Assembly (NCBI GenBank): GCA_963736005.1
Contig: CAVTNB010000001.1
Span: 416,001-480,000 of the forward strand
DNA: 64,000 nt
Reading direction: 5' to 3'
Source: an uncultured Pseudomonadota bacterium
GTDB taxonomy: Bacteria > Vulcanimicrobiota > Vulcanimicrobiia > Eremiobacterales > Eremiobacteraceae
The notes under the pieces: model-generated
What the model was told of the DNA's origin: nothing
What the model saw: only the letters and a program-made list of their open reading frames with translations
Database searches by the model: none
Shown here: positions 10,156-19,795 of the stretch, in pieces
Layout of the letters: the number at the start of each line of letters is the position of its first letter
Numbering within the stretch: the stretch's first letter is position 1
Position numbers and translations under genes: made by a program

Positions 10156-11009
10156 ACGTACGCGAGCTGCGGCGCACCGGCAACGAAATCCGCCGTCTGA
10201 CTCTGCAGGCTGTGCATCACGCGGGCGCAGGACACATCGGTGGGGTGTTTTCGGCAGCGGATATGCTTTCGGCGCTGTACTTTTCCGAACTTCGTATCGA
10301 TCCAACGAAACCACTCTGGCCGGATCGGGACCGATTCGTTCTCTCGAAGGGGCACGCCGCAATCGGGCTCTATGCCACCCTGGCGCTGCGCGGTTATTTC
10401 CCCATCAAGGAGCTCGCGACGTTTGACGCGATCAATTCGCGCCTGCAAGGCCATCCAGATATGACAAAATTGCCCGGACTCGACATGTCGACCGGCTCGC
10501 TTGGCCAGGGTCTCTCCCCCGGCGTCGGGATGGCGCTCGGCGCGCGTCTGCTCGGCAAGGATTTTCAAACGTGGGTGATGCTTGGGGATGGCGAAATTCA
10601 AGAGGGCCAAATTTGGGAAGCTGCATTTACGGCAGCTCGGTATCAACTGGAGAACCTTATCGCAATCTTAGACTGGAATCATTTGCAGCAGTTCGGATGG
10701 GCGACTGCAGAGGGGTACGGGAGCACGGCGCGGCTCGATCCGGTCGCTGCGCCGCAGGAAAAATGGCGCGCGTTCGGCTGGCGCGTCCTCGAGTGCGATG
10801 GCCATAACATTGAGGATTTTCTCCGCGCATGTCGCGGCGCGAGGGAGCCCGCAGGTCGTCCGTCGATCATCATCGCGCGCACAATAAAAGGAAAGGGCGT
10901 CTCGTTCATGGAGAATGAGTTCGCCTGGCACTCAAAGCCCTTCGGTGATGAGGAGTTCGCGCGAGCACTGGCTGAACTGCACGCTGCCGACGCAGCGGCA
11001 GCGGTTTAA
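10152..11009 (+). CDS. Transketolase, N-terminal (ThDP-binding) subunit
   Basis: AGHIGG, DRFVLSKGHA, LQGHP, STGSLGQG, GDGEIQEG; ATGA overlap with iolE. Confidence 0.93.
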   Translation: MNVRELRRTGNEIRRLTLQAVHHAGAGHIGGVFSAADMLSALYFSELRIDPTKPLWPDRDRFVLSKGHAAIGLYATLALRGYFPIKELATFDAINSRLQGHPDMTKLPGLDMSTGSLGQGLSPGVGMALGARLLGKDFQTWVMLGDGEIQEGQIWEAAFTAARYQLENLIAILDWNHLQQFGWATAEGYGSTARLDPVAAPQEKWRAFGWRVLECDGHNIEDFLRACRGAREPAGRPSIIIARTIKGKGVSFMENEFAWHSKPFGDEEFARALAELHAADAAAAV

Positions 11010-11012
11010 CCT

Positions 11013-11957
11013 ATGGCTATTTCAAAGGCGCTGGCGCAGCGCGACGTCTTCGGCGACACGATGATCGAGTTGTGTGCCAAAGACGAGCGGGTCGTCCTCC
11101 TTGACGGCGACCTCGCAAATTCGACGAAGTCGGATAAACTGGCCGCGGCGAATCCGAGTCGCTTCTTCATGATGGGCATCGCAGAGCAAAATCTCGCTGG
11201 GGTTGCCGCCGGGCTCGCGAGCGTTGGGCTCAAGCCCTGGATCGCATCCTTTGCCGCCTTCTTAGCAACGCGCGATCTCGACCAAATCCGAGTGGTCATC
11301 GCTCAACCGAAACTCAACGTTCGGCTTGCCGCGCATTATAGTGGCATCCTGACCGGATTCACAGGCAAGACGCATCAAGTCGTCAATGACATCGCGATCA
11401 TGCGCTCGCTGCCCAACATGGCGGTGGTCGCGCCGTGCGACGGTATCGAAGCGCGCGCGGCGATGCTGGTGCTCAACGAATACGTTGGCCCGGTCTACTT
11501 GCGGCTGACGCGCGATGCCATCGCAACCATCTTGCCGCAAGATTACACATTCGCACTTGGCCGAACATTGTTACTGCGGGAGGGCTCGGACATCGCTCTC
11601 ATTTCGACCGGTTCGCAAACGGTTCGCACGCTGGAAGCGGCGGGCGATCTTGCCTCGTTGGGGATTTCGGCGAGCGTGCTCCACGTTCCGACCATCAAGC
11701 CAATCGACGCCGACGCCATCGTTGCGGCGGCCTCGCACGTACCATGCGTGTTGACCTGCGAAGAGCACTCCATTCTCGGCGGCCTTGGTGGCGCCGTCGC
11801 CGAGATTCTCAGCGAGCGCCACCCCATGCCCGTGATCAGACTCGGATTGCGCGACGTCGATGGCGAAAGTGCCCCCAACGATCAGCTCATCAAAAAGTAT
11901 GGGTTGAGCTCAGCGCATGTCGTGCAAGCCGCGCTGGACCTCGTGCGCAAACCGTGA
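11013..11957 (+). CDS. Transketolase, C-terminal subunit
   Basis: GIAEQN, GKTHQ, PVYLRL, TIKPID, EEHSILGGLG. Confidence 0.93.
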   Translation: MAISKALAQRDVFGDTMIELCAKDERVVLLDGDLANSTKSDKLAAANPSRFFMMGIAEQNLAGVAAGLASVGLKPWIASFAAFLATRDLDQIRVVIAQPKLNVRLAAHYSGILTGFTGKTHQVVNDIAIMRSLPNMAVVAPCDGIEARAAMLVLNEYVGPVYLRLTRDAIATILPQDYTFALGRTLLLREGSDIALISTGSQTVRTLEAAGDLASLGISASVLHVPTIKPIDADAIVAAASHVPCVLTCEEHSILGGLGGAVAEILSERHPMPVIRLGLRDVDGESAPNDQLIKKYGLSSAHVVQAALDLVRKP

Positions 11958-13024
11958 CGACCATTGCCGTCTTGCCCGGAGACGGTATCGGCCCCGAGGT
12001 GACGCGGGCTGCGGTGCAGGTCTTACGCTTCGTGCGCCCCGATCTCGAGTGCATCGAGGCTGACGTGGGCGCAGCCGCTCTGCGCGCTGGAAAAGCTCCG
12101 CTCCCGCAACAAACGCGCGATCTGTGCGCGCGAAGCGCCGCCATCTTATTCGGTGCAGTCGGGCTCCCCGAGTACGAGAATCTGCCACTGAGCAAGCGGC
12201 CGGAAAGCGCGCTCTTTACGCTGCGTCACGACTTCGAGCTTTTCGCAAACCTGCGCCCAGTTCGAGTCTTTCCTGGCCTGGAGACTGCGTCAAGCCTGCG
12301 CCCCGACCTCGTGACCGGTTTGGATCTAATCGTCGTTCGCGAGCTGACCAGCGGTATCTACTTCGGGCAACCCAAAGAGCGGCGCGTCGTCTCAGGAATC
12401 GAAGAAGCCGTCGATACGATGTATTACAGCGCTCCGCAGATCGAGCGCATCGCGCGCGTCGCATTCGCCCTGGCGCGAGGACGGCGTCAACACGTGACGT
12501 CGGTGGACAAACACAATATCTTGGAGACGTCCGGCCTGTGGCGAGAGGTCGTGACAAAAGTTGCGCGCGACTATGCGGACGTTTGCGTCGAGCATCTCCT
12601 GGTTGACAACGCGTCGATGCAGCTGATCCGCCGTCCGAAAGACTTCGACGTCATCCTCACCGAGAACATGTTCGGCGACATTCTGTCGGACGAAGCGGCG
12701 ATGCTAACGGGTTCTGTCGGAAATCTGCCGAGTGCCAGTCTTGGCACGAGAGCTTACGCCGATCGTCAATTCGGCATGTACGAGCCGATCAGCGGCACCG
12801 CGCCCGATATTGCCGGCAAGGGAATTGCTAACCCGACAGCGGCCATTCTTTCTGCGGCGATGCTCTTGCGGCACAGCCTCGCCGATCAGCTCGCAGCACT
12901 GCGAATCGAGACAGCCGTCGCGAAAGTTTTTCAACAAGGAGCGCGCACCGCCGAACTGGCGTCTCGCGGGGCAGCCTTCTACAACACGCAGGAATTTACG
13001 GAGCTGATCGTGTCGAAGCTCTGA
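11954..13024 (+). CDS. leuB: 3-isopropylmalate dehydrogenase family beta-decarboxylating dehydrogenase
   Basis: LPGDGIGPEV, FANLRP, VRELTSGIYFG, NMFGDILSD, APDIAGKGIANP; GTGA overlap with transketolase. Confidence 0.85.
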   Translation: MTTIAVLPGDGIGPEVTRAAVQVLRFVRPDLECIEADVGAAALRAGKAPLPQQTRDLCARSAAILFGAVGLPEYENLPLSKRPESALFTLRHDFELFANLRPVRVFPGLETASSLRPDLVTGLDLIVVRELTSGIYFGQPKERRVVSGIEEAVDTMYYSAPQIERIARVAFALARGRRQHVTSVDKHNILETSGLWREVVTKVARDYADVCVEHLLVDNASMQLIRRPKDFDVILTENMFGDILSDEAAMLTGSVGNLPSASLGTRAYADRQFGMYEPISGTAPDIAGKGIANPTAAILSAAMLLRHSLADQLAALRIETAVAKVFQQGARTAELASRGAAFYNTQEFTELIVSKL

Positions 13025-13049
13025 CGATCTCTGTCGACGAGTCTGGCGC

Positions 13050-13496
13050 CTAAAACACTTCCACCGGAAAGGCGCCGGCTCCAGAGAAAAGGCTCTTCAC
13101 CTGATCGACTTTGCCGCTTGCGTTATAGCCCGCGATACTTCGCCCCTCCGAGAGCGCCCGCGTGAAATCCTCAACGCGAGTATCTGGGATGTCGAGTTCG
13201 CTGAGCAACTCAGCCGTCGACGGCTCGTGGAAAGCCCCGACGCGAGGAATGTTTTGGGTCAGACCGGGAACCCCGGTTCCGCCGAACCCCGTGATGATGC
13301 CGCCCTGCGTCCCTATGGTGGCCGCTTCAGCATCTCCGGAGACGAATTGCGCACCACTGTTAATCAAGTCATCTGCAGGCGTTTCTGGCGTAATGACGCG
13401 CAGTCGCTCGATGTCGAGTCCACTGGATTTCAGGGCGCCTGTGAGTTTCGAAAGGCCATCATGGTCAGCGAAAATACCAACCACCACACTACCCAT
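13050..13496 (-). CDS. Hypothetical protein (general-stress-protein-like, Gly-rich middle)
   Basis: 148-aa ORF with AAGGA RBS; VVVGIF N-terminal strand; family not certain. Confidence 0.65.
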   Translation of the reverse strand: MGSVVVGIFADHDGLSKLTGALKSSGLDIERLRVITPETPADDLINSGAQFVSGDAEAATIGTQGGIITGFGGTGVPGLTQNIPRVGAFHEPSTAELLSELDIPDTRVEDFTRALSEGRSIAGYNASGKVDQVKSLFSGAGAFPVEVF

Positions 13497-13588
13497 GCTC
13501 GTGTCCTTTCTTTACGAAAGAGCCCGAAGCGATTCGCCGCAACCCCAGGCGCGGCCTAGCAGGGCGATTGTCCCGAAAAATACGAGCC

Positions 13589-14464
13589 TTACGTGTGCCA
13601 ATAGACGAGCACCGAACGCAAAATGCTCTCGAGACCGGTTTCCTTACGATCCGGTATCAAATTTGCATATCGCTCGGCACCGCTGCGCTGCGACACCCGA
13701 TACAAACCGGCGGCGAGCATCGGTGTCACCAGGCTCAGCACCCACACCGCAAACGCCCCTTTCGGCGCTTCGCAATCTTTGAGCGGGTGGAGTTCCGGGT
13801 ATCGCGTTGTGGCTGAGGAGATCACCAGCGCCGCGTCTTGGACCGCCTGCACCACGTCGTGGGGGTTTGTGGCACATGCAGCTCGCAGCTGTGTAAAGAT
13901 ACGTTCCCTATCGACTGCGGGAGCAAGCGATGAAGAGAATGCCTTGTCTGGCGGCGTTGGCGCTTCACCGAGGCTTTTGACCGGGAGCCGAGTCCAATCC
14001 AAGAACTCTGGCGTGATGATCCCTAGCCACCGCCGGCGCGGACCGGGTTTCTTATTCTCCCATGTCGTGCGAAAGTACATGATAAACGCGGTGGCAAGCA
14101 GTTGTCGGCATGCAACGTATGAGGTCGCAATCAGAAGCGGATAATCTCGCAGCACTGCTTTAGCCATGGCGTCGGCGAGTTTGCGCTCGCCGAAGGCTCC
14201 AATGCACGCTGGTTTGCGTTCCAGCCTGCGCAGCATGCCCTCGCCGACGACGAAGAATTTTGTGAAGCTCGCCTCGATATAGCTGCCGATCAAGACGGCC
14301 GGCACTTCTTGGACACCGGCAATTGCCAGATAGAAAGCAAGTTTATCCACCGGCACACCCGGCGGAAGACGCTTCTCCACCTCTAAGATGGCGCGAATTC
14401 GGTCTTCCATCGCATGCGGAATCTGGCAGTCGTAGGAGGGCGCGGGCGGGAGCCCAACGAGCAA
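13589..14464 (-). CDS. Hypothetical protein, start uncertain
   Basis: Long protein-like ORF co-oriented behind the pilin cluster; no recognised motif. Confidence 0.55.
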   Translation of the reverse strand: MLVGLPPAPSYDCQIPHAMEDRIRAILEVEKRLPPGVPVDKLAFYLAIAGVQEVPAVLIGSYIEASFTKFFVVGEGMLRRLERKPACIGAFGERKLADAMAKAVLRDYPLLIATSYVACRQLLATAFIMYFRTTWENKKPGPRRRWLGIITPEFLDWTRLPVKSLGEAPTPPDKAFSSSLAPAVDRERIFTQLRAACATNPHDVVQAVQDAALVISSATTRYPELHPLKDCEAPKGAFAVWVLSLVTPMLAAGLYRVSQRSGAERYANLIPDRKETGLESILRSVLVYWHT

Positions 14465-14579
14465 TCCGGCGTTAACCAGCGACTCCCACTTGGCAAGGTC
14501 GAATGTGTAACCTCGCAGCGTAAGACGCTCGAAGAGCTGGAGGAGCGGAATAAATCCGCTCGAGCGTTCCGCCGCGTCG

Positions 14580-15878
14580 TTAGTCTTGATTGTAAGCAGT
14601 GTAGGTCATCGTCCCCGTGGTCATCGTTGTGTTCGCTTGACCGGCGTCGTAGAGTATTCCCGATCCAGACCCACCGTCGATGTCGACGTTAATGCCGCCG
14701 TCGAAGGCTCCCTGCACCGTGCCCGTTCCCCCGACCGAGATGGAACCGTTCGGCGCGAAGGCAGTTGCGACAGGCTCGATGCCGGCGCTTGGAGCCAGTG
14801 ACAGCGCGTCGGCCGCGCTGACTCCACAAGGATTGATCGCACCCGGATCGTTGCCCAAGGCAATGAGCAGCGTATTCGCGGGAAGAGTGACTGCATAGCC
14901 GCCCGTGCCGCTCGAGGAAACCACTCCGGTCACCACCATGACCCCTTGGTTCGCGTCTGTGTTCAAAACCGATCCAGTGCCGCTAATGCAGAGGTTGCCA
15001 TTAATGTAGACGTCGCTGCCCGAGGTAAAGGTGACTGTTCCCGATGTGATGTCAACGTCTCCGTTGACGTACATATTGCCGCTGTAGGTCGCCGTGCCGG
15101 CGCCCGAGATGGTCGCGCCGGTCACGGTCGTTCCAGCCTGTGCGATCAATCGTGCATTCTGCGCCGCTTGGGTCACCTGCGTCGGAGAAGGGAAATACAC
15201 AGGCGACGCACCTGAGGTATTGGTGGTTCCCGTGTTCAGGGCATCCGTCCCCACCGCTTGCGTGCTGCCCTGCACCGTGCTCGGGGCACTGCTCATCGTA
15301 ATATTGTTATTTGCCGCAATGTTCGCGTCATTTGTGTGAAGCGGATCCTGCTTGACCGGCTCGGGCGCTCGGTCGTTGATGTTTTGCGCAGCGTTCACCA
15401 CGCCGGATGGCATGGTGAGAGGCGGGGCAGGCTCGGCGATCGCTTCCACGTAGACTTTTCGGCTGCCGTTGTTTGTCGACTCACCGTAGATATAGGCGGT
15501 TCCCTGGGGCACCCACAACTGTTGCCCGTTCGCGTAGTCGGTGGCTAGCGCGGGAGCCGTCCCGTTCAGATTATTGTCGCCCATACACGAGCGGTAGTTC
15601 ATACCGTTGAGGCTGCCGGTGACGCACCCTACGGGTTCGTTCGGATTTTCCGCCAAACGGTTCAGCGCGAGATTTGCGGCTGCCTCGGCAGAGTTCATCA
15701 CTCCATACTTGACGCCGACTGCTTGCGCCTGATCCACCGCGTTGAAAGCGCCGGTGACGACTAAGATTGCGATGAGCAGCAGCAGCGCAATGAGGACGAA
15801 GACGAAGGCCATCGCAAATCCACGCTCTGCGCCCTTGGCTTGCAATGTTGCAATGACCCGAGGCTTAGTTGCGCGCAT
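14580..15878 (-). CDS. PilX-like minor pilin with long Gly/Thr/Asn-rich C-terminal domain
   Basis: ERG/FAMAFVFVLIALLLL class III signal lacking Glu5; NSAEAA motif; ATG 15878 overlaps upstream gene. Confidence 0.75.
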   Translation of the reverse strand: MRATKPRVIATLQAKGAERGFAMAFVFVLIALLLLIAILVVTGAFNAVDQAQAVGVKYGVMNSAEAAANLALNRLAENPNEPVGCVTGSLNGMNYRSCMGDNNLNGTAPALATDYANGQQLWVPQGTAYIYGESTNNGSRKVYVEAIAEPAPPLTMPSGVVNAAQNINDRAPEPVKQDPLHTNDANIAANNNITMSSAPSTVQGSTQAVGTDALNTGTTNTSGASPVYFPSPTQVTQAAQNARLIAQAGTTVTGATISGAGTATYSGNMYVNGDVDITSGTVTFTSGSDVYINGNLCISGTGSVLNTDANQGVMVVTGVVSSSGTGGYAVTLPANTLLIALGNDPGAINPCGVSAADALSLAPSAGIEPVATAFAPNGSISVGGTGTVQGAFDGGINVDIDGGSGSGILYDAGQANTTMTTGTMTYTAYNQD

Positions 15879-16545
15879 AGGTGTCGCTCTCGAAATCCGT
15901 GAGCGTCCGATCGACGCCGCCGGTCGAGCCGGCGAGTAAATCGAACGTGATCGTGCTTTGGCTTGGATTATCACCCAAGCTCATGGACGCGATATAATTG
16001 GTGAGAACGGGCGGCGGCGAAATCAAGAGCGCCTTGATCACATCCGGCACGACGAGTGCGGCTGTCACGTTCTTCGGGACTCCGTTAATCGCGGTTATTG
16101 CCGCCGGTTCAAAAGCTCGCATCAGCTGAAACGACGTCCCGTTCGAGTTGGGCTCAAGCCAGTAGACGTCAAATCCTTGCCAAGCCGGGTAGCCTTTATT
16201 TGGATCTGTCGGGTTTGTGACGACGTGGAATTGGCCGGTTCCGTCATCCGCGGTCGCGACCACCAGCGCTTGGACACTGGTCGGCGAGCTCCCAGGAGCA
16301 CTGCAGATGACCACGGGCGTGATCGAGCAGCCCATCACGCCGCTCGTATCTCCTTGGCTGAAGTCCTTGCGAATCTCGTACAGCGCGACGGCGGCCATAT
16401 TGACCTCATCGACTTGCGACTGCACTTGCATCGGAGCCTTGAGCATCAACGGCAGGATCATGACCATGGAGGTCATGATGACCCCAAGGATCACGGCGAC
16501 GGTGAGCACCTCTGCAATTGAGAAACCGCGTTGCGTGCGCGTCAT
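15865..16545 (-). CDS. PilW-like prepilin-type minor pilin
   Basis: QRG/FSIAEVL N-methylation motif; ATGA overlap at 16542-16545. Confidence 0.8.
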   Translation of the reverse strand: MTRTQRGFSIAEVLTVAVILGVIMTSMVMILPLMLKAPMQVQSQVDEVNMAAVALYEIRKDFSQGDTSGVMGCSITPVVICSAPGSSPTSVQALVVATADDGTGQFHVVTNPTDPNKGYPAWQGFDVYWLEPNSNGTSFQLMRAFEPAAITAINGVPKNVTAALVVPDVIKALLISPPPVLTNYIASMSLGDNPSQSTITFDLLAGSTGGVDRTLTDFESDTYARN

Positions 16546-16973
16546 GACACTTGTTGCGTCGCGAAGCTTTGGACGCTGTACGTGCGCAGAAACCCGTCCT
16601 CCACCCACTGCACGGTAACCGTACATTGCTGAAGCCTGGTATATGGAGCGACGTTGACGCAGGTCCCGTTGAGGCTGAAGTTACCCGGAGAGGCATTGGT
16701 CGCGCCGGAGCCCGTTACTGAAAGACCGCCGTCGATCGGGATGGTCGGCGCCGCCGGCAGCGAGCGTCCTTGCTCGATGGACGATCGGAGCGCGTCCATA
16801 TATTGCTGACCCGCACTGACGGCTTGCAGGTAGACGTTTGCGTGCCGTATTTCGTGGATTGAATATGGGAAAAGCCCGAAGAAGGTAGACAGCCCGATGC
16901 CAAAGATAGCTATCGAGATCAGCGCCTCGAGTAACGTGAATCCCCGACCATTCCCGCGGTTAGGTCTACCCAT
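16542..16973 (-). CDS. PilV-like prepilin-type minor pilin
   Basis: RG/FTLLEALISIAIF motif; C-terminal TVTVQW; alternative GTG start at 17039. Confidence 0.8.
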   Translation of the reverse strand: MGRPNRGNGRGFTLLEALISIAIFGIGLSTFFGLFPYSIHEIRHANVYLQAVSAGQQYMDALRSSIEQGRSLPAAPTIPIDGGLSVTGSGATNASPGNFSLNGTCVNVAPYTRLQQCTVTVQWVEDGFLRTYSVQSFATQQVS

Positions 16974-17035
16974 CCAGCTAGTGACCCCGACCTTGGTCCC
17001 CCAAATAGTCAATGCCCAAATCCCCGTGACTCTCG

Positions 17036-18520
17036 TCACCCAACCGCCGCGGGCGTCTTGCGCCGTTCAATATGATTTGCTATGTCTCGATACGTCGGCT
17101 CGATGCCAATCAGTTTCTCGCGCCAAGCGGTCGCAGCTCGGAGGTCGCCCTTGTTCTCAGCCAGACGCCCTAGGTTGTAGAGCGTTTCATTGTAGTGCAG
17201 CTTGCTCAGACCTGGCATCGTCAGTGCCTGAGCGAGTTTGCTCTCCGCTTCGTCGTAGTGCCGGCTGCCGGCAAGGTGCAGCGCCTCGATGTTCTGAGCG
17301 AGAGCTTTGCCATGTTTGGTCCGGCTGAGCCCCGCGGCAATGCGCAGCACGTCAACGTACCGTTTCATCTCGAGCAGCGCCAAGGCGACGAGGTAGGCAA
17401 TGAAGGGATCGGTTTGTTTCCCCTCCATTGCCCGGTTGAGAAATGTCAGCGCTCCCTTGGTATCACCTGATTCGCCTAGGCTCTGACCGATCACCAGCCG
17501 ATAGTAGCCCGGTGTTGGGCTCGCCATCGCTCGCGACCACCACGACCGAACGAGCTTGTCGACTCCACCTGTGTGCAGCAGCTGGGCCGCTTCGACAGCT
17601 TCGGTGGACGACAAGAGGCCCTGCGCGGCCAAAAGCTCGAGCATCGCGAGCGTTCCCTCATAACGCGCCGGCGCATCGGAAGGGGTCACAGGGGCATCGG
17701 GTTGCTTCTGGTGCGCGCTCGCGACACCTGCGCCCGATGCGACGGCGTTCGCTACCTCCGCCGAACCCGTGCACAGTTGGTCGATCCTCGCAAGCTGCTT
17801 CGCAATCGTCTCAGCGCTGCGCTCGCGATCCTTGGCCAATTGTTCCAGGGCATTTGCCGCAGACTCCACCTGCGCTTTGCGAGTCTGAAGACCCGCCACG
17901 AGCTCGCGCAGCTCGTCCGCGCCCATAATGTGCTGCTTGTCTTTTTCCGCGCGGTCGACCGCCTCGGCGATGCGACACACCCGCGCGGCCATGCCATCGG
18001 CTGCTGTGTCAAGGTCCTTGGCCTTCGATCCGATGTCGGCAAGCTGCGCGTCCGCTCCAGCCGCGGATTGACGGATCGAGTCGAGCACCGTGCGCAAACT
18101 TGTCGCTTCGCGCGCGATGGAAGCGAAAAGTCCCTTCACCGTGCGCACTTCTTCTTCAATCGCGCTCAACGCCAAACGAGAAGAATCAATTTCGGTCCCT
18201 AAACTGCTCGCCGCGCGTTCTCTTTCCCCCGCGAACGCATCGACGTGCGCGAGCAGGTCTTCCATCTGAGCAAACGCTTCCGCACGTTTGGTTGCCAGTT
18301 CCTCAAGCGCGTCATCCTCGCGAAGCTTTGCCTGGAGAGTCTCCTCGAGTTGTCTGCGCAGATCGAGAACGCTCGATTCAAGCGAAACACTTTGCTCCTG
18401 CAGCGAAGCAATTGCCTCGGTAGCTACTGCAAGTTCGTCTTGCAGTAGCTGTCGCCGCCGCTGCGTCTCAATAACTGAAGCCGCCACCCGCTCAAGAGCG
18501 GGCGTTAGTTCGGTGTCCAT
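17036..18520 (-). CDS. Coiled-coil plus TPR-repeat hypothetical protein
   Basis: About 250 aa of heptad-rich helix, then TPR-like helices (YNETLYNLGRLAE...IEPTYRD). Confidence 0.75.
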   Translation of the reverse strand: MDTELTPALERVAASVIETQRRRQLLQDELAVATEAIASLQEQSVSLESSVLDLRRQLEETLQAKLREDDALEELATKRAEAFAQMEDLLAHVDAFAGERERAASSLGTEIDSSRLALSAIEEEVRTVKGLFASIAREATSLRTVLDSIRQSAAGADAQLADIGSKAKDLDTAADGMAARVCRIAEAVDRAEKDKQHIMGADELRELVAGLQTRKAQVESAANALEQLAKDRERSAETIAKQLARIDQLCTGSAEVANAVASGAGVASAHQKQPDAPVTPSDAPARYEGTLAMLELLAAQGLLSSTEAVEAAQLLHTGGVDKLVRSWWSRAMASPTPGYYRLVIGQSLGESGDTKGALTFLNRAMEGKQTDPFIAYLVALALLEMKRYVDVLRIAAGLSRTKHGKALAQNIEALHLAGSRHYDEAESKLAQALTMPGLSKLHYNETLYNLGRLAENKGDLRAATAWREKLIGIEPTYRDIANHIERRKTPAAVG

Positions 18521-18579
18521 TGTGTATATCTAACCATAGCGTGACGGACCGGAACAGCCCGAGCCGTCTGATTTGAGTC

Positions 18580-19791
18580 TTAAGACCTAACGGCCTGCGG
18601 CTGGGGCTGCACCTGCACGCCGAGTCGCACAATCGCCGGAGCTAGCGCCAGACCCTGCACGATAATCGTGAAAAGCACGACCGAAAAGACCATCGAGACG
18701 AGTAAATCGCGTTGCGGGAACCCGCTCGGCAGGCTCAGGGCGAGAGCCATGGAGAGCGCGCCGCGGAGGCCGCCTAAGGCGAAGATGTGCTGCCAGGACG
18801 CAGCCAGCCGGTGCCCGAGGAGCGCGGAAAGACCGCTGAGCCCATAGACCGAGATAACGCGTGAGAGCGCCACGGCGGCGATGGCCCAACCAGTCGCTAC
18901 CCGCGTCGAGTACATCTCAGCCAGATTGAGCGAGAGTCCGACGAGCAAGAAGAGCATGGAGTTTGCCGCGAAAGCGATGAATTCCCAAAGCTGATTGACT
19001 GACCGCCTCGTGGTGGTAAAGGAGCCCATCTGGGTACCCACCCGAGAGACGAGCATTCCGGCCACGATGACCGCGATGAGCCCCGAGACTCCCAACCTAT
19101 CCGCCACATAATAGGACCCGTAGGCAACGATCAGCGTTCCCATGGCCTCGACCATGTAATCGTCGGTGAGTCGGAGCACGAGCAGGCCGCCCAGCCCCAC
19201 GACCACGCCGACCAAAGCACCTCCGACAAGCAATTCGAGGAATTCGATGAACGGTTGCGCTGCGGATGCGTGCGTCGTCGCGATGGACACCAAGAGAGTT
19301 ACTTTGAAAGCCACGACTGCTGTCGCGTCGTTAAAGAGGCTCTCTCCTTCGACGATGGCTGCGAGTTGACGATTTGCATTGAGAGAGCGAAAGACGGCGA
19401 GAACCGCCACGGGATCGGTCGCGGAAACCATGGCGCCAAACAGAAGCGCAGTCTGCCATGGAAGTCCCGCAAACCGCACGAGCACAATCCACGACACGGC
19501 CATGCAAATCAACACGCCGAGCGTGGCGAGGAGCGCGATCGGAAGCCAGTGCCTTCGCATCTCGCTCAGTGGGGCGGTCCAAGCTCCCGCAAACAAAAGC
19601 GCAGGTAAGAAAACGAGCATCACGAGGTCGGGCGTCAGGGCGATCCTCGGGTGACCGGGCACCAGACCAATGATAAGGCCCGCAATCACCAAACCAACAG
19701 TATACGGCACGCGCGAGTGCCGCGCGCCGATCGCCACCGCGAGGACGACAATGAAGAGAACGAGCAGGTCCGCAAAGGTTGAGCCGTGCGT
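18580..19791 (-). CDS. CPA1-family Na+/H+ antiporter
   Basis: FLPALLF, SATDPVAV, EGESLFND, GLRGALS; frame open to an ACG at 19791 after GAGGA (ORF track starts at 19737). Confidence 0.92.
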   Translation of the reverse strand, partial: THGSTFADLLVLFIVVLAVAIGARHSRVPYTVGLVIAGLIIGLVPGHPRIALTPDLVMLVFLPALLFAGAWTAPLSEMRRHWLPIALLATLGVLICMAVSWIVLVRFAGLPWQTALLFGAMVSATDPVAVLAVFRSLNANRQLAAIVEGESLFNDATAVVAFKVTLLVSIATTHASAAQPFIEFLELLVGGALVGVVVGLGGLLVLRLTDDYMVEAMGTLIVAYGSYYVADRLGVSGLIAVIVAGMLVSRVGTQMGSFTTTRRSVNQLWEFIAFAANSMLFLLVGLSLNLAEMYSTRVATGWAIAAVALSRVISVYGLSGLSALLGHRLAASWQHIFALGGLRGALSMALALSLPSGFPQRDLLVSMVFSVVLFTIIVQGLALAPAIVRLGVQVQPQPQAVRS

Positions 19792-19795
19792 TTGA

